Shown: positions 19,002-30,060, counted from the first letter of the stretch. The stretch: 64,000 nt of DNA from an uncultured virus (IMG/VR IMGVR_UViG_3300030106_006575) (IMGVR_UViG_3300030106_006575), one strand, 5' to 3'. Translations and numbers: made by a program. Notes: a model not told the origin generated them from the letters alone.

Positions 19002-20366
19002 GTGGAAAAGGACAAGCCTAGCTTTAGTAAATATGGCAAGGACTTTCAAGAGTCATTGTGTCAGATGATTCTGCAAGACAGACCGTTTGCAGACCAGATT
19101 TTGGAAGTCTTGGACATTGGTTTCTTGGAGCTTCGGTATCTTCGAGTGTTTGTGCAGAAGATATCGGATTATCGCGAAAAATATGAAGTTCATCCGAATT
19201 ACAAAACGATGATTTCTATTATTCGTGCCGATATAGAAGATGAGAACGTAGCGACACAACAACAGCTTCGCAATTACTTTGCTCGTATCCACGATACGCA
19301 AGTTAATGGTTCGGAATATATTAAGAACATTGCACTTGATTTTTGTCGAAAGCAGAAGTTAAAAGAAGCAATGATTAAGTCAGTCGGGCTACTTCAGACG
19401 TCATCGTTTGATGAAATCGCGAAAGTTATTAATGATGCAATTAAAATGGGCGACCCTTCAGATTTTGGTTACGACTATCTAAAGGACTTCGAAAAAAGAT
19501 TTGAGATCAAGGCTCGGAACCCCATAACCACTGGTTGGGAGCAGATTGATGAAATCTGCCGAGGCGGACTTGGTAAAGGCGAGCTTGGAGTTGTGATTGC
19601 GCCGACAGGTGCCGGTAAATCAATGGCTCTGGTCCATCTCGGAGCACAGGCTCTGAAAGCGGGCAAAACAGTTATCCACTATACTTTGGAGCTGTCAGAT
19701 ACAGTCACGGCATCTCGTTATGATTCTTGCTTGACTAAGATTCCATTGAGCCAACTACACTCGTTTAAAGAGGAGATTTATGAACAAGTGCAGGATATGG
19801 AAGGCGTCTTGATAGTTAAAGAATACCCGACTAAATCTGCCTCTACGCGATCTTTAAGAACTCACTTGGAAAAGCTAAGGATGCGCGATATAAGTCCAGA
19901 CATGGTTATTGTAGATTATGGTGATTTATTACGACCTATTTCTGGCAAAAGTGAGAAAAGACATGAGTTGGAATCTATTTATGAAGAGATGCGAGGACTC
20001 GCGCAAGAATTTAATTGTTGCGTATGGACAGCATCACAAACTAATAGATCCGGCCTCAATGCGGAAGTAATTACGATGGAATCAATTTCAGAAGCGTTTA
20101 ATAAATGCTTCGTATCAGATTTCATCTTTTCAATTTCGAGAACGGTAGAAGATAAACAGTCTAACACAGGAAGGATTTTTGTTGCTAAAAATAGAAATGG
20201 TCCCGATGGTCTTGTATACCCAATAAAAATGAATACAGCTAATGTGCACATTGAGGTATTGGACCCTACTGGAGCGGAGCAGCCTGGACTTTCTGTTAAA
20301 GATCAGAGCGAAATCTTGAAAGAGAAGTATAAGAAATTCAAACAAACTAAAAAAGAAAACGTATAA
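19002..20366 (+). CDS. dnaB: Replicative helicase (DnaB/gp41-like)
   Basis: GELGVVIAPTGAGKS, YTLE, IVDYGDLL, TASQTNR, KNRNG. Confidence 0.92.
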   Translation: MEKDKPSFSKYGKDFQESLCQMILQDRPFADQILEVLDIGFLELRYLRVFVQKISDYREKYEVHPNYKTMISIIRADIEDENVATQQQLRNYFARIHDTQVNGSEYIKNIALDFCRKQKLKEAMIKSVGLLQTSSFDEIAKVINDAIKMGDPSDFGYDYLKDFEKRFEIKARNPITTGWEQIDEICRGGLGKGELGVVIAPTGAGKSMALVHLGAQALKAGKTVIHYTLELSDTVTASRYDSCLTKIPLSQLHSFKEEIYEQVQDMEGVLIVKEYPTKSASTRSLRTHLEKLRMRDISPDMVIVDYGDLLRPISGKSEKRHELESIYEEMRGLAQEFNCCVWTASQTNRSGLNAEVITMESISEAFNKCFVSDFIFSISRTVEDKQSNTGRIFVAKNRNGPDGLVYPIKMNTANVHIEVLDPTGAEQPGLSVKDQSEILKEKYKKFKQTKKENV

Positions 20367-20377
20367 GGAGTAGAGTA

Positions 20378-22234
20378 ATGGAGTTAGCAGGACAGATATT
20401 ATCGGACATCACGGTGCATATGAAATACGCTAGGTATTTAAAAAATGAACTTCGCCGCGAAACATTTGAAGAATTGGTTCATAGAAACAAGCAGATGCAT
20501 ATTAAGAAGTTTCCCGAGTTAGAGGAGGAGATTCAAGAAGCTTATAAACTAGTTTATGCAAAAAAGGTTCTCCCCTCGATGAGATCGATGCAGTTTGGTG
20601 GCAAGCCCATTGAAGTTGCTCCAAACCGAGTGTTTAACTGCGCTTATATGCCCATTGACGATATTCGAGCATTTTCTGAAACAATGTTTTTGCTGCTTGG
20701 TGGCACCGGTGTCGGCTACTCTGTCCAGGCACACCATGTTGAACAGTTGCCGGAGATTCGCAAGCCTAGTGGCAAAAGAACTTACCGATACCTGATTGGG
20801 GACTCCATTGAGGGTTGGGCAGACGCCGTAAAGGCTCTTGTAACCTCTTATTTCCGAGGAACGTCGAAGATTCGTTTTGACTTCTCAGATATCCGACCGA
20901 AAGGCTCCAGACTAGTGACTTCGGGCGGTAAAGCCCCGGGGCCACAACCTCTGCGAGAGTGTTTGGTGAAATTGCGTGGTGTTTTGGATCTTAAAGAGAA
21001 TGGCGATAAACTGAGTCCGATTGAGGTCCACGATATGATCTGTCACATTGCAGATGCCGTGCTTGCAGGTGGAATCCGTCGCGCAGCGCTTATCTCATTG
21101 TTCTCCGCTGATGACGACGAGATGATTTCTGCAAAGGCAGGTTCTTGGTGGGAAACTAATCCACAGCGAGGTCGCGCAAATAACTCTGTTGTCCTTATGC
21201 GACACAAAGTTACTAAGGAGTTCTTTAGCGACCTTTGGGATCGAGTAAAGGCAAGTGGAGCCGGAGAGCCTGGTTTCTACTTCACATTTGATAAAGATTG
21301 GGGAACCAATCCTTGCTGTGAGATCGCCCTTCGTCCATATCAGTTTTGTAACTTGACCGAGGTCAATGTCTCAAACGTGGATTCCCAAGAGGAATATGAG
21401 GCACGAGTAAAAGCAGCCGCATTCATCGGGACACTTCAGGCATCGTACACTGATTTTCACTATCTCCGTCCAGTGTGGCAGCGCAACACCGAGAAAGATT
21501 CCCTTATTGGAGTTTCTATGACTGGTATTGCTTCCGGGAACGTTCTCAAGCTGGACATGAAAGCAGCCGCAAAGGTTGTGAAACAAGAGAATAAGCGAGT
21601 TGCTGCACTTCTCGGAATTAATCCAGCTGCACGAACAACCTGTGTAAAACCAGCCGGAACTACGTCTTTGACGCTCGGAACCTCATCGGGCATTCATGCT
21701 TGGCACAATGATTACTATATTCGCCGCATCAGGGTTGGCAAAAACGAGGCTATTTATGAATATCTCGCCGAGAAGCATCCAGAACTGGTTGAAGACGAAT
21801 ATTTCCGCCCTCACGATACCGCAGTTATTTCAGCACCACAAAAAGCGCCACCCGGAGCCATCACCAGATCCGAAAGTGCGCTAGATATGCTCAACCGCGT
21901 CAAGCAGGTTAGCACACAATGGGTGAAGTCGGGACATTGGAAAGGACAGAACACACATAATGTCAGCGCAACTGTTACCATTAAAGAAGAGGAGTGGGAA
22001 GAGGTTGGTGAATGGATGTGGGAAAACCGTAACTGTTATAACGGACTTTCTGTGCTGCCGCAAGATGGCGGAACATACGTCCAGGCGCCTTTTGAAGATT
22101 GTGATAAAGAGGTATATGAAACTATGATGGAAAGTTTGAAAGAAATTAATTTAACAAACATTATAGAGATTGGCGACGAAACCAATCTCCAAGGAGAACT
22201 AGCATGTGCAGGAGGGTCGTGTGAGATTGCATAA
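20378..22234 (+). CDS. nrdJ: Ribonucleotide reductase, class II (B12-dependent) type
   Basis: VLPSMR, FNC, GGIRRAA, TNPCCEI, CVKPAGT, C-terminal CAGGSC; no beta subunit adjacent. Confidence 0.85.
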   Translation: MELAGQILSDITVHMKYARYLKNELRRETFEELVHRNKQMHIKKFPELEEEIQEAYKLVYAKKVLPSMRSMQFGGKPIEVAPNRVFNCAYMPIDDIRAFSETMFLLLGGTGVGYSVQAHHVEQLPEIRKPSGKRTYRYLIGDSIEGWADAVKALVTSYFRGTSKIRFDFSDIRPKGSRLVTSGGKAPGPQPLRECLVKLRGVLDLKENGDKLSPIEVHDMICHIADAVLAGGIRRAALISLFSADDDEMISAKAGSWWETNPQRGRANNSVVLMRHKVTKEFFSDLWDRVKASGAGEPGFYFTFDKDWGTNPCCEIALRPYQFCNLTEVNVSNVDSQEEYEARVKAAAFIGTLQASYTDFHYLRPVWQRNTEKDSLIGVSMTGIASGNVLKLDMKAAAKVVKQENKRVAALLGINPAARTTCVKPAGTTSLTLGTSSGIHAWHNDYYIRRIRVGKNEAIYEYLAEKHPELVEDEYFRPHDTAVISAPQKAPPGAITRSESALDMLNRVKQVSTQWVKSGHWKGQNTHNVSATVTIKEEEWEEVGEWMWENRNCYNGLSVLPQDGGTYVQAPFEDCDKEVYETMMESLKEINLTNIIEIGDETNLQGELACAGGSCEIA

Positions 22235-22238
22235 ATAC

Positions 22239-22267
22239 TTGACTTATTTAATAATCTGTGTTATTAT
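22239..22267 (+). promoter_or_regulatory. Sigma70-type promoter
   Basis: TTGACT-17-TATTAT. Confidence 0.55.
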
Positions 22268-22285
22268 GTTTACTATGGAGTACAA

Positions 22286-22564
22286 ATGAGATTAGAACCT
22301 AAAAGAAATTGGATTTCTGTTAAAATACCAGAATCCAAGAAAGAAGAGAATGAAGTTGTGGTCCTTTTACCAGAGGATTACAAAGCCAAACAAAGCGCGT
22401 TTCAATGCGTAGAGGTGATTAAAGATCCTCAAGCGGAATATGACCAAGGCGTGACTATAATAGTGCCAACCCAAACACTTCGAGAGGTCGAAATAGAAAA
22501 TAATAAATTTCTACTTGTAGAAAGGAACTTTGTGATGGCGCAGGTGAGTAATGCAGAGCATTGA
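22286..22564 (+). CDS. GroES-like co-chaperonin (divergent)
   Basis: 92 aa; LEP...I.V, VLLPE, terminal FLLVE..VMA pattern. Confidence 0.55.
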   Translation: MRLEPKRNWISVKIPESKKEENEVVVLLPEDYKAKQSAFQCVEVIKDPQAEYDQGVTIIVPTQTLREVEIENNKFLLVERNFVMAQVSNAEH

Positions 22565-23270
22565 TATATATGGTGATAGCATTGGTAAAGTCGATTATGT
22601 TGAACATATGGGGTCTGACCTCACTATCGTCAACAGCGCCCGCGTTAGCTTTGGAAAACACAAGGATGCAATAGATGAAAAAGATGAGAGACTTATCAAC
22701 TACTTGGTTAGACATAGGCATACGTCTACATTTGAACATAACCTCGTTACATTCCGTTTTTGTGTACCATTATTTGTTAGGAGCCAGCATCATCGTCACC
22801 GCACTTGGTCATACAACGAAATCAGCAGACGGTATACTGACGTAGATATTCAATTTTACGAACCCGACAAGTTTCGGACGCAACACAAGTCAAACAGACA
22901 GGCAAGCAACGCAGGTGAGTTGCACGATCCACTAATACCCTTTCGGCATCCAAAAATGGCTAATGAGACAACTAAAAAGGCTTCAGAAATGATTAAAAGC
23001 CATAATATGAATTCTCTCAAGCTTTTTGACAACTTGCTGGATGCAGGGGTGTGCCGAGAGCAGGCGAGAGGCGTTCTACCTCAGAATATGTATACGCAAT
23101 ATTATGGCACGGTGAACCTCAATAATCTACTTAAGTTTGTTAATCTTCGTATGCACGAAGGGGCACAATGGGAAATACAAAAGGTTGCCGAGGCTTGTCT
23201 GGAGATTGCAACTGATCTTTGGCCGGTAGCTGTAGGTGCATATAAGAAGGCGACGAATGACTTGGGCTAG
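22551..23270 (+). CDS. thyX: Flavin-dependent thymidylate synthase
   Basis: RHRTWSYNEISRRY, H.STFEH, REQARGVLP, AQWEI. Confidence 0.95.
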   Translation: MQSIDIYGDSIGKVDYVEHMGSDLTIVNSARVSFGKHKDAIDEKDERLINYLVRHRHTSTFEHNLVTFRFCVPLFVRSQHHRHRTWSYNEISRRYTDVDIQFYEPDKFRTQHKSNRQASNAGELHDPLIPFRHPKMANETTKKASEMIKSHNMNSLKLFDNLLDAGVCREQARGVLPQNMYTQYYGTVNLNNLLKFVNLRMHEGAQWEIQKVAEACLEIATDLWPVAVGAYKKATNDLG

Positions 23271-23682
23271 TTTAGTATTATTTGTTTGCGGAGCGTCCGT
23301 AAGTCCGAACCTAGCTTCAGAGATCGAGATGGTAGCTGAAGAATATCACGTTGAGAAGACATTACTTCTTGGCATGATATATAAGGAAAGCACTTGTCGT
23401 CCAAATGTCGTTGGTTCGTCTGGGGATACCGGACTGATGCAAATAGTTCCAAAATGGCACCAAGATACAATTATAGACCTATCGGTTGAGGATCTTTTTG
23501 ATCCGCTTCAGAATATGAGAGTTGGCGCCAGCATCTTGGTCGATTTGGGTGTGCAAACAAACCCACACGCCGCCTTGGTCGTGTATAACGGGGGTTATGC
23601 ACGTCCGAGAGTTAGCTACAGATATGCTAGCGATATATTATACAAAAAAGAGACTTATGATACAATGTTGTATGGTGAGTGA
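23257..23682 (+). CDS. Lytic transglycosylase (SLT domain)
   Basis: KES, GLMQI, YNGG motifs; N-terminal signal-like stretch. Confidence 0.85.
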   Translation: MTWASLVLFVCGASVSPNLASEIEMVAEEYHVEKTLLLGMIYKESTCRPNVVGSSGDTGLMQIVPKWHQDTIIDLSVEDLFDPLQNMRVGASILVDLGVQTNPHAALVVYNGGYARPRVSYRYASDILYKKETYDTMLYGE

Positions 23683-23712
23683 GAAACAAAGCTTAACCAA
23701 AGGAGAGAAGCA

Positions 23713-24048
23713 ATGTTAGAAGAGACAAAACCAGTATTTAAAATGTATATCAAAGATGGGTGTCCTTACTGCGTAAAGGCACGAGATTATATTCTTAATG
23801 ATTTAAAAGCCAGCTTGCATACGATTGATGTTACGAACGAACCTATTTTGAGAAAAATGATTATCGAAGAGACAGGACAAAAAACTGTACCAGCTATTTT
23901 TATTGGAGACGAGTTTATTGGTGGCTGTGACGACCTCTTGAAAAATAAGTCATCGGGCCTACTAGAAATGAAGGTTCTTCGTGAAGAATTGAAAGCCTTG
24001 CGACTGCAACTCGCTGCTCTTAAAGAGGAAGTAAAAGCCTTACTTTGA
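23713..24048 (+). CDS. Glutaredoxin
   Basis: CPYC, TVPAIFI, IGGCDD. Confidence 0.9.
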   Translation: MLEETKPVFKMYIKDGCPYCVKARDYILNDLKASLHTIDVTNEPILRKMIIEETGQKTVPAIFIGDEFIGGCDDLLKNKSSGLLEMKVLREELKALRLQLAALKEEVKALL

Positions 24049-24049
24049 A

Positions 24050-24913
24050 ATGTCAAGTTTGGAGAAACATATCTATGAAAAGGACAAGATTGTTGTTGGA
24101 GGCGATCTAAGGTCACTTTTGTATGCCTTTAGCAATGCACAACCAGTAATATATGTTAATCCCGTAAAGCCTTTGCGTTTTGATATGTTTGAAGGTGTAG
24201 ATTTATCGGATTTAGGTATCTCGTCTATATCCCCTCAACCACAGGTCGAGGTTTGGTCACGTTTAAACTTTCTGCTTGGACTATCTGGGCTGTTGCCATT
24301 GGGTCCAAACGCAGAAAGCATGAGAGTGAGAGATAATCAATTATCAGTCATAACTAAGCACGCTAGAAATATAAAGTTTAATTTTAATAAACTAGTAGTT
24401 TTTGATAATGAACAAATATCGGGTTTACCACAAATTACGTCGGAGAAGAGGGGCAGAAATCGGGTGGTCGATTGGGTCAATGTTCGTAGTGGGTGCACCC
24501 ATGATTTCCTACATCTGCAAGGCGACGACGACTTTGTAAAAGAAATTATTTTTTATCCAACCGACCGATCAGATAATAGAAATTTAAAAGATTTAGCTGC
24601 GATATCTTATCTAACGGACGAGCAGCTAGCAGATTTTGATTATTCCGATACAATGGTCAAGTTTAAAGTAACAAAGATGATGAAAGAAGCGGGAATCCGA
24701 GGCGCTCGTAATGGAAGAGATGTAAACAACCCAGAAAGATATAAATATTATGCTGTAAAGGTAGAGCCTGCTGAGAGGCAAGTATTTACTGATGTCGTTC
24801 GCACATTTAAACCCGATGATCGTTTTGAGTTTTGCTATGATACTTTAGAAGATATCGTATCGAATATTAAAAAGCCAGAACACTATCTGGGCAAGCTGAG
24901 TGAGTCGTTTTGA
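24050..24913 (+). CDS. Hypothetical protein (degenerate Rossmann-like N-terminus)
   Basis: IVVGG..SLLYA start; 287 aa. Confidence 0.6.
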   Translation: MSSLEKHIYEKDKIVVGGDLRSLLYAFSNAQPVIYVNPVKPLRFDMFEGVDLSDLGISSISPQPQVEVWSRLNFLLGLSGLLPLGPNAESMRVRDNQLSVITKHARNIKFNFNKLVVFDNEQISGLPQITSEKRGRNRVVDWVNVRSGCTHDFLHLQGDDDFVKEIIFYPTDRSDNRNLKDLAAISYLTDEQLADFDYSDTMVKFKVTKMMKEAGIRGARNGRDVNNPERYKYYAVKVEPAERQVFTDVVRTFKPDDRFEFCYDTLEDIVSNIKKPEHYLGKLSESF

Positions 24914-25779
24914 ATAATCATATGGTTGGAGTAGTGCCCATCGTTACAAAGCCGATGGATTTTAATATGGATTGGCATGATTGCTTGATGCCAATAGCAC
25001 CAAACTATTATGCGATTGAACGCGCCGTCTTAGAGTGTGCTTACGCTGGCTGTAAGACCATTTGGATAGTAGCTAACGACGATGCAACCCCTCTGATCAG
25101 ACACAGACTAGGAGACTATATACAAGATCCTATATGGCTAAGGAGACAATGCAAGTTTCCTTCCAATAAGAGAACTTTGATCCCAATCTTTTATGTCCCG
25201 TGTCCACCGGAGCACAAAAACAAGGAATACTGTATATCTTGGACTATTCTTCGGGGAGCTTCTGTTGCATCCCGCGTTGGAGGATCCATAAGTAAATGGC
25301 TTAAACCAACGTCTTTCTACGTTGCTTTTCCGTATTCTGTATATCCGCCAGAGTTTTTAAGACAACATCGTATACTCCTAGCTAAAGAAGAGGGATTTTT
25401 TCTAAAATTCAAAAAACAATCGGTGGGCACAGGCAACTTTCTTGGCTTTACTTTCAATTTTAAACAATTTGAATCAATGAGAGATAAATTTTATAAAATC
25501 GAAGACAGCTTATTGTTGGGTGAGGAACTAGAAAATGAAAAAGAATACTTTAGAGACAAGTTTTCCCTTGACAATATTTTTAAATGTGCTATATTAATAG
25601 AACAGGATGGGTTTGAAATCCCCTGGTTTTATCAAATTGATAGCTGGGATTCGTACTGTGACTTTCTTTCCTCTGAAGAGAAAAGTGAGCTTCGACATCC
25701 CGGAAAACTAGTTATCTCTTACAGAGAACTTAACCCAATAGGAGTAGACAATGCCAACCAAAGCAACCAAGACAACTAA
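24910..25779 (+). CDS. Sugar nucleotidyltransferase-fold protein
   Basis: LMPI...AIERAVLECAYAGCKTIWIV; C-terminal IDSW..Y. Confidence 0.55.
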   Translation: MNNHMVGVVPIVTKPMDFNMDWHDCLMPIAPNYYAIERAVLECAYAGCKTIWIVANDDATPLIRHRLGDYIQDPIWLRRQCKFPSNKRTLIPIFYVPCPPEHKNKEYCISWTILRGASVASRVGGSISKWLKPTSFYVAFPYSVYPPEFLRQHRILLAKEEGFFLKFKKQSVGTGNFLGFTFNFKQFESMRDKFYKIEDSLLLGEELENEKEYFRDKFSLDNIFKCAILIEQDGFEIPWFYQIDSWDSYCDFLSSEEKSELRHPGKLVISYRELNPIGVDNANQSNQDN

Positions 25780-25990
25780 AACAACCAAGACAGCCAAGGC
25801 TTCGAAGCCCGCCGATAACAAGATGGAACTTTTTAAGAAGCTTGAAGAAACAAAGGTGCGCCAGCATAACCTCGAACAAGCGCTTGGGCGAATTCGAACT
25901 GATATCTTGAATCTTAACTTTCCCGGCGAACACCGTGAAACGGTCGATAATGTTATGAAAATTGTTGACAACGCTATGAAAAGCGTCTAA
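25751..25990 (+). CDS. Small protein with K/T/A-rich N-terminus
   Basis: AGGAG RBS; TKTTKTTK repeat. Confidence 0.55.
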   Translation: MPTKATKTTKTTKTAKASKPADNKMELFKKLEETKVRQHNLEQALGRIRTDILNLNFPGEHRETVDNVMKIVDNAMKSV

Positions 25991-26012
25991 TATATAGATA
26001 CAGGGGGGAACA

Positions 26013-29000
26013 ATGAGTAAAATACCATTTGTGGGATTACACGCGCATAGCGTTGCAGGATCTATATTTGATGCCTTGGGCTATCCGCAAGAGCACATGA
26101 ACTTTGCTTATGAAAATGGCATGGATGCGCTTGCATTAACAGATCACGGCAATATGAATGGGCTTGCTTGGCAGGTTTTGCACGCCAAGAAAATGCAAGC
26201 AGAAGGCAAGGACTTTAAGCCTATTTTCGGCTGTGAAGCCTATTTTGTTCCCTCCATCGCCAAGTGGCGCGATGAGTATGAAAGCATTATGCAGGACAAG
26301 AAAGCCGCCCGGGCCGCGAAGAAGGAAGAGACTTCGGGCGCAACGGTTGAGGATGAGGAAGCTTCCAAAAAGGCTACTCGGAGTATTCTCAACCGCCGGC
26401 GACATCTTGTCCTGCTCGTCCAGAACCAGACCGGTCTAAACAACCTTTTCAAGCTGATTTCTGAGTCGTACCAGCCCGAGAACTTCTATCGTTACCCGCG
26501 ACTGGACTTTGATCTTCTGGAGAAGTACAACGAGGGCATTATTGCGTCCTCTGCGTGCTTAGGAGGCGTCTATGCTGGCTGCTACTGGGAGAACCGGGAG
26601 GAAGGCAAAGAAGCTGTTCTGGGCGCTATGAGGGACGTTACAGAGCGTATGGTTNNNNNNNNNNCTATCCTTGATGCTATGCGTGAGACAACCAAGCGTA
26701 TGATAGAAGTATTGGGTGATCGTTGGTATGGCGAGCTTCAGTGGAACAACATTCCCGAACAGCACGAACTCAACAAGTATATCATTCAGGTGTGCAAGGA
26801 GTTTGGCGTCCAGATGATTTCCACTGCCGATAGTCACTATCCTAATCCTGATGCTTGGCGTGACCGAGAACTATATAAGCGACTTGGCTGGCTTGGTAAG
26901 GGTCGTCCTTCCTGGGGCGGTGACGGAGAGCTACCCATCGACGTTGACGAAATTGGGTACGAGCTATATCCAAAGAACGGCGATCAGATGTGGGAGTCCT
27001 ATAAGAAGTATTCTGAGCTATGTGGTGTGGAGTACGATGACCAACTGGTCTATGACTCGTTTACTACTACGCACTTTATTGCACACGAACGCATTGATTC
27101 GTTTATGCCAGACAACACGGTTCGCTTACCAGACTTTGTTATTCCCGTAGGCGAGACTGCTGATTCCGCTCTTCGTAAATTCTGTTTTGAAGGACTGAGA
27201 GCGAAGAACTTGCACAAGAATGATGAATACACTGAGCGCCTAGAGCACGAACTTTCGGTTATTGCAGACCGTGGTTTCTCTAAGTATTTCTTGACGATGA
27301 ACGAGATTGCGACCATCACGAACAAGGTGATGCTCACTGGTCCCGGTCGAGGGTCGGCAGCGGGTTCTCTTGTCGCCTACGCACTGGATATTACACAAGT
27401 CGATCCTCTCAAGTACGGACTTCAGTTTGCACGATTCCTCCGAGCCGATGCCAAGGACTATCCAGATATTGACTATGATGTAGCCGAACCGATGGAGTTG
27501 AAAGAGCTACTGGTGGAGAAGTGGGGCAACGATGTTGTCGCCCCCATCTCCAACTGGAATACTCTCCAATTGAAGTCGCTTATCAAAGATATTTCTAAAC
27601 TTTATGATATTCCTTTCCAAGAGGTCAACGCCGTTACTGGAAAGATGATGTTTGAAGCTACTGTTGCAGCAAAGCAGAAGCACGGCATTAGGGCTGGGGT
27701 GTATACTCCCACATTTGAAGAAGTGAAAGAGTTCTCTTCCACGCTTCGTGCTTTCTTGGCTAAATATCCAAATGTTGCAACACATGTCGATGCTTTATAT
27801 GGACAGGTCCGGTCCTGCTCCCGTCACGCTGGTGGCGTGGTGATTGCAGAGGACTTGGATACTCATATGCCGCTTATCTCCTCCAAGGATGTGCGTCAAA
27901 CGCCTTGGTCGGAGGGACAAAACGTCCGTCATCTAGAGCCCATGGGCTTTATCAAGTTTGACCTTCTGGGACTCTCTACCCTCCGCATGATTGAGGGTGC
28001 CATTCGGCATGTTCTCAAGCGTTATGAGGGTATCGAGAATCCATCGTTCAAGGATGTTATGAGTTATTACAATAACAAGCTCCATCCAGATGTCATTGAT
28101 TTCAATGACCAGAAGGTCTACAAAAACGTGTTCCAAAAGGGGAAGTGGGCTGGTGTATTCCAATTTACTGAAACCGGTGCACAAAACCTTTGCAAGCAGG
28201 TACAGCCAAAGAATCTCATTGATATCTCGGCTATTACCTCTATCTTCCGTCCCGGTCCTCTGTCGGCCAATGTTGACAAGGACTTTGTGAAGACTCGTCG
28301 AAGTCCCGGCATGGTGACCTATATGAATGAGATGCACCGCGAGGTGACCGAAGAGACGAACGGCTTCCTTATTTTCCAAGAGCAAATCGCTATGCTTGCA
28401 CATAAGCTAGGTAAAGACTTGTCTCTGGACGAGGGAAATATGCTTCGTAAGGTTCTCACGAAGAAAGGGACTGGCAAAGCTGCTAAAGTCAAGAAGGCTC
28501 TGCACGGCAAGTTCATCCAAGGTTGTGTTGACAAAGGAATGAACAAGTCCGCCGCCGAAAGGCTTTGGGAGACATTTGAATACTTTTCCGGCTATGGCTT
28601 TAATAAATCTCACGCCGTATCTTATTCGATGATTTCGTTCCAGTGTGCTTGGCTTCTAAACTACTATCCTGAGTGCTGGATGGCAGCATTCCTCGATAAG
28701 GAGCCTGAAACGCGCAAAGAGAAGGCTATCGCAATCGCCAAGCAGTTTGGCTTTGAGATTGAGCCGCTGAGTGTCAATACCTCTGGTCGAGTCTGGGAGA
28801 TTAGTGAAGACGGTAAGAAGCTGATTCAGCCGTTGACTTCTATCAAGGGATTGGGTGATGCCGCCATTGACCAGATATTCATTGGTCGTCCTTTCGAGAA
28901 AATTGAAGAGTTCCTTTTCAATGAAGATATGCGCTATTCCAAGCTCAACAAGAAGTCTCTTGACGTTCTTGTCCGCTCCGGAGCCTTGCAGCCACTTGTT

Positions 29001-29495
29001 GACGAACGCTTCACCGGAATGAGGCACTTTTGGTCTGCTATCGCTGTGGATCGCCCTCGTAAGCTAAAGAATCTTGAAGAGAACATTAAGCTTTATGCTC
29101 CCGAAGGTGATTTTACCGAGGAAGAGAAGATCCAGTCACTTGTTGACCTGACCGGACAGTTCCCGATTCATCGAGTGGTGAAAGAAGATATTATGGAAAA
29201 GCTAAACGCCATGGCGATTCCCCCCATTTCTGAGTATGACCCAGATTTGCAAGTTGTTTGGCTGGTGCCTCGTAAGATTACACCGAAGAAGACCAAGAAC
29301 GGAAAAGATTATTTAGTTGTTGACGCTACAGATTCCAATTCTTCTAATATTCGTATCCGTTGTTGGGGTGTTGATATCAGAGGTGGGGATAATATTGAGA
29401 TTAACAAACCCTACCTTATCCGCCCACAATACAATCTAGAGTGGGGGTTTTCCACTAGAGGTCGTGCATTTAAAACTTGGAAAGCTCTTGCATAG
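26013..29495 (+). CDS. dnaE: DNA polymerase III alpha subunit
   Basis: PHP domain (LHAHS, TDHG, ADSHY), GRGSAAGSLV, PDIDYD, KFDLLGL, YGFNKSHA. N gap at 26655-26664. Confidence 0.96.
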   Translation: MSKIPFVGLHAHSVAGSIFDALGYPQEHMNFAYENGMDALALTDHGNMNGLAWQVLHAKKMQAEGKDFKPIFGCEAYFVPSIAKWRDEYESIMQDKKAARAAKKEETSGATVEDEEASKKATRSILNRRRHLVLLVQNQTGLNNLFKLISESYQPENFYRYPRLDFDLLEKYNEGIIASSACLGGVYAGCYWENREEGKEAVLGAMRDVTERMVXXXXILDAMRETTKRMIEVLGDRWYGELQWNNIPEQHELNKYIIQVCKEFGVQMISTADSHYPNPDAWRDRELYKRLGWLGKGRPSWGGDGELPIDVDEIGYELYPKNGDQMWESYKKYSELCGVEYDDQLVYDSFTTTHFIAHERIDSFMPDNTVRLPDFVIPVGETADSALRKFCFEGLRAKNLHKNDEYTERLEHELSVIADRGFSKYFLTMNEIATITNKVMLTGPGRGSAAGSLVAYALDITQVDPLKYGLQFARFLRADAKDYPDIDYDVAEPMELKELLVEKWGNDVVAPISNWNTLQLKSLIKDISKLYDIPFQEVNAVTGKMMFEATVAAKQKHGIRAGVYTPTFEEVKEFSSTLRAFLAKYPNVATHVDALYGQVRSCSRHAGGVVIAEDLDTHMPLISSKDVRQTPWSEGQNVRHLEPMGFIKFDLLGLSTLRMIEGAIRHVLKRYEGIENPSFKDVMSYYNNKLHPDVIDFNDQKVYKNVFQKGKWAGVFQFTETGAQNLCKQVQPKNLIDISAITSIFRPGPLSANVDKDFVKTRRSPGMVTYMNEMHREVTEETNGFLIFQEQIAMLAHKLGKDLSLDEGNMLRKVLTKKGTGKAAKVKKALHGKFIQGCVDKGMNKSAAERLWETFEYFSGYGFNKSHAVSYSMISFQCAWLLNYYPECWMAAFLDKEPETRKEKAIAIAKQFGFEIEPLSVNTSGRVWEISEDGKKLIQPLTSIKGLGDAAIDQIFIGRPFEKIEEFLFNEDMRYSKLNKKSLDVLVRSGALQPLVDERFTGMRHFWSAIAVDRPRKLKNLEENIKLYAPEGDFTEEEKIQSLVDLTGQFPIHRVVKEDIMEKLNAMAIPPISEYDPDLQVVWLVPRKITPKKTKNGKDYLVVDATDSNSSNIRIRCWGVDIRGGDNIEINKPYLIRPQYNLEWGFSTRGRAFKTWKALA

Positions 29496-29516
29496 TTAAT
29501 TTAAATATGCTATAAT
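29488..29516 (+). promoter_or_regulatory. Sigma70-type promoter
   Basis: TTGCAT-17-TATAAT with TG extension. Confidence 0.55.
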
Positions 29517-29538
29517 AAATATACAAAAAGGGGGGAAA

Positions 29539-30060
29539 ATGAATATATTTCCAATTGAAGGCAACGAAGAAACAGGCGAGATTGACTGGATTAGGTCGGC
29601 TCAATCACAAGACAACTATCGTGTCGTAAAGATGATATTAGAGTCTTGTCAGATTCTGAGCACAGTTCTTAATGAACAAGGTATCAAGGCTCCATATCGC
29701 TCATTCAATCCAAAGCATCCGTCTTGCCTGTGGGCAGCGGAGAGTTCTGATAACTTTCTAAAGCTGGCTATGCACTGTTCAGCAATGATTGGTGAATATA
29801 AAGCAAGATTTGGTAAAGTTCATAAATGCACGGATGTATTGATAGAGATTCTGGATTTGTTTGATGAGACGCGATTTGCAAACCACAAGCCCACACCGAT
29901 TCGTATGGCTATGCCGGAGCATTTTAAGAGCGACAATCCAGTAATATCATATCGCAAGTATTATGCCAGCAAGCCACGGATTCGATACCCAGAGAACAAA
30001 GTGCCATTATGGTTTGATGAATACCGTGGCTCTGAACCATACGAGGTGATTAGTGAATAA
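29539..30060 (+). CDS. Pyrimidine-dimer DNA glycosylase-like protein
   Basis: MNIF, VVKMILESCQILST, HP.CLWA, RFGKVH, AMP, YR.YY. Confidence 0.75.
   Translation: MNIFPIEGNEETGEIDWIRSAQSQDNYRVVKMILESCQILSTVLNEQGIKAPYRSFNPKHPSCLWAAESSDNFLKLAMHCSAMIGEYKARFGKVHKCTDVLIEILDLFDETRFANHKPTPIRMAMPEHFKSDNPVISYRKYYASKPRIRYPENKVPLWFDEYRGSEPYEVISE

Noticed and set aside
26610..26710. Internal duplication or intein in DnaE (LGAMRDVTERMV / LDAMRETTKRMI)
   Set aside because: The two copies flank a 10-N scaffold gap, so this is most likely two strain variants joined in assembly.
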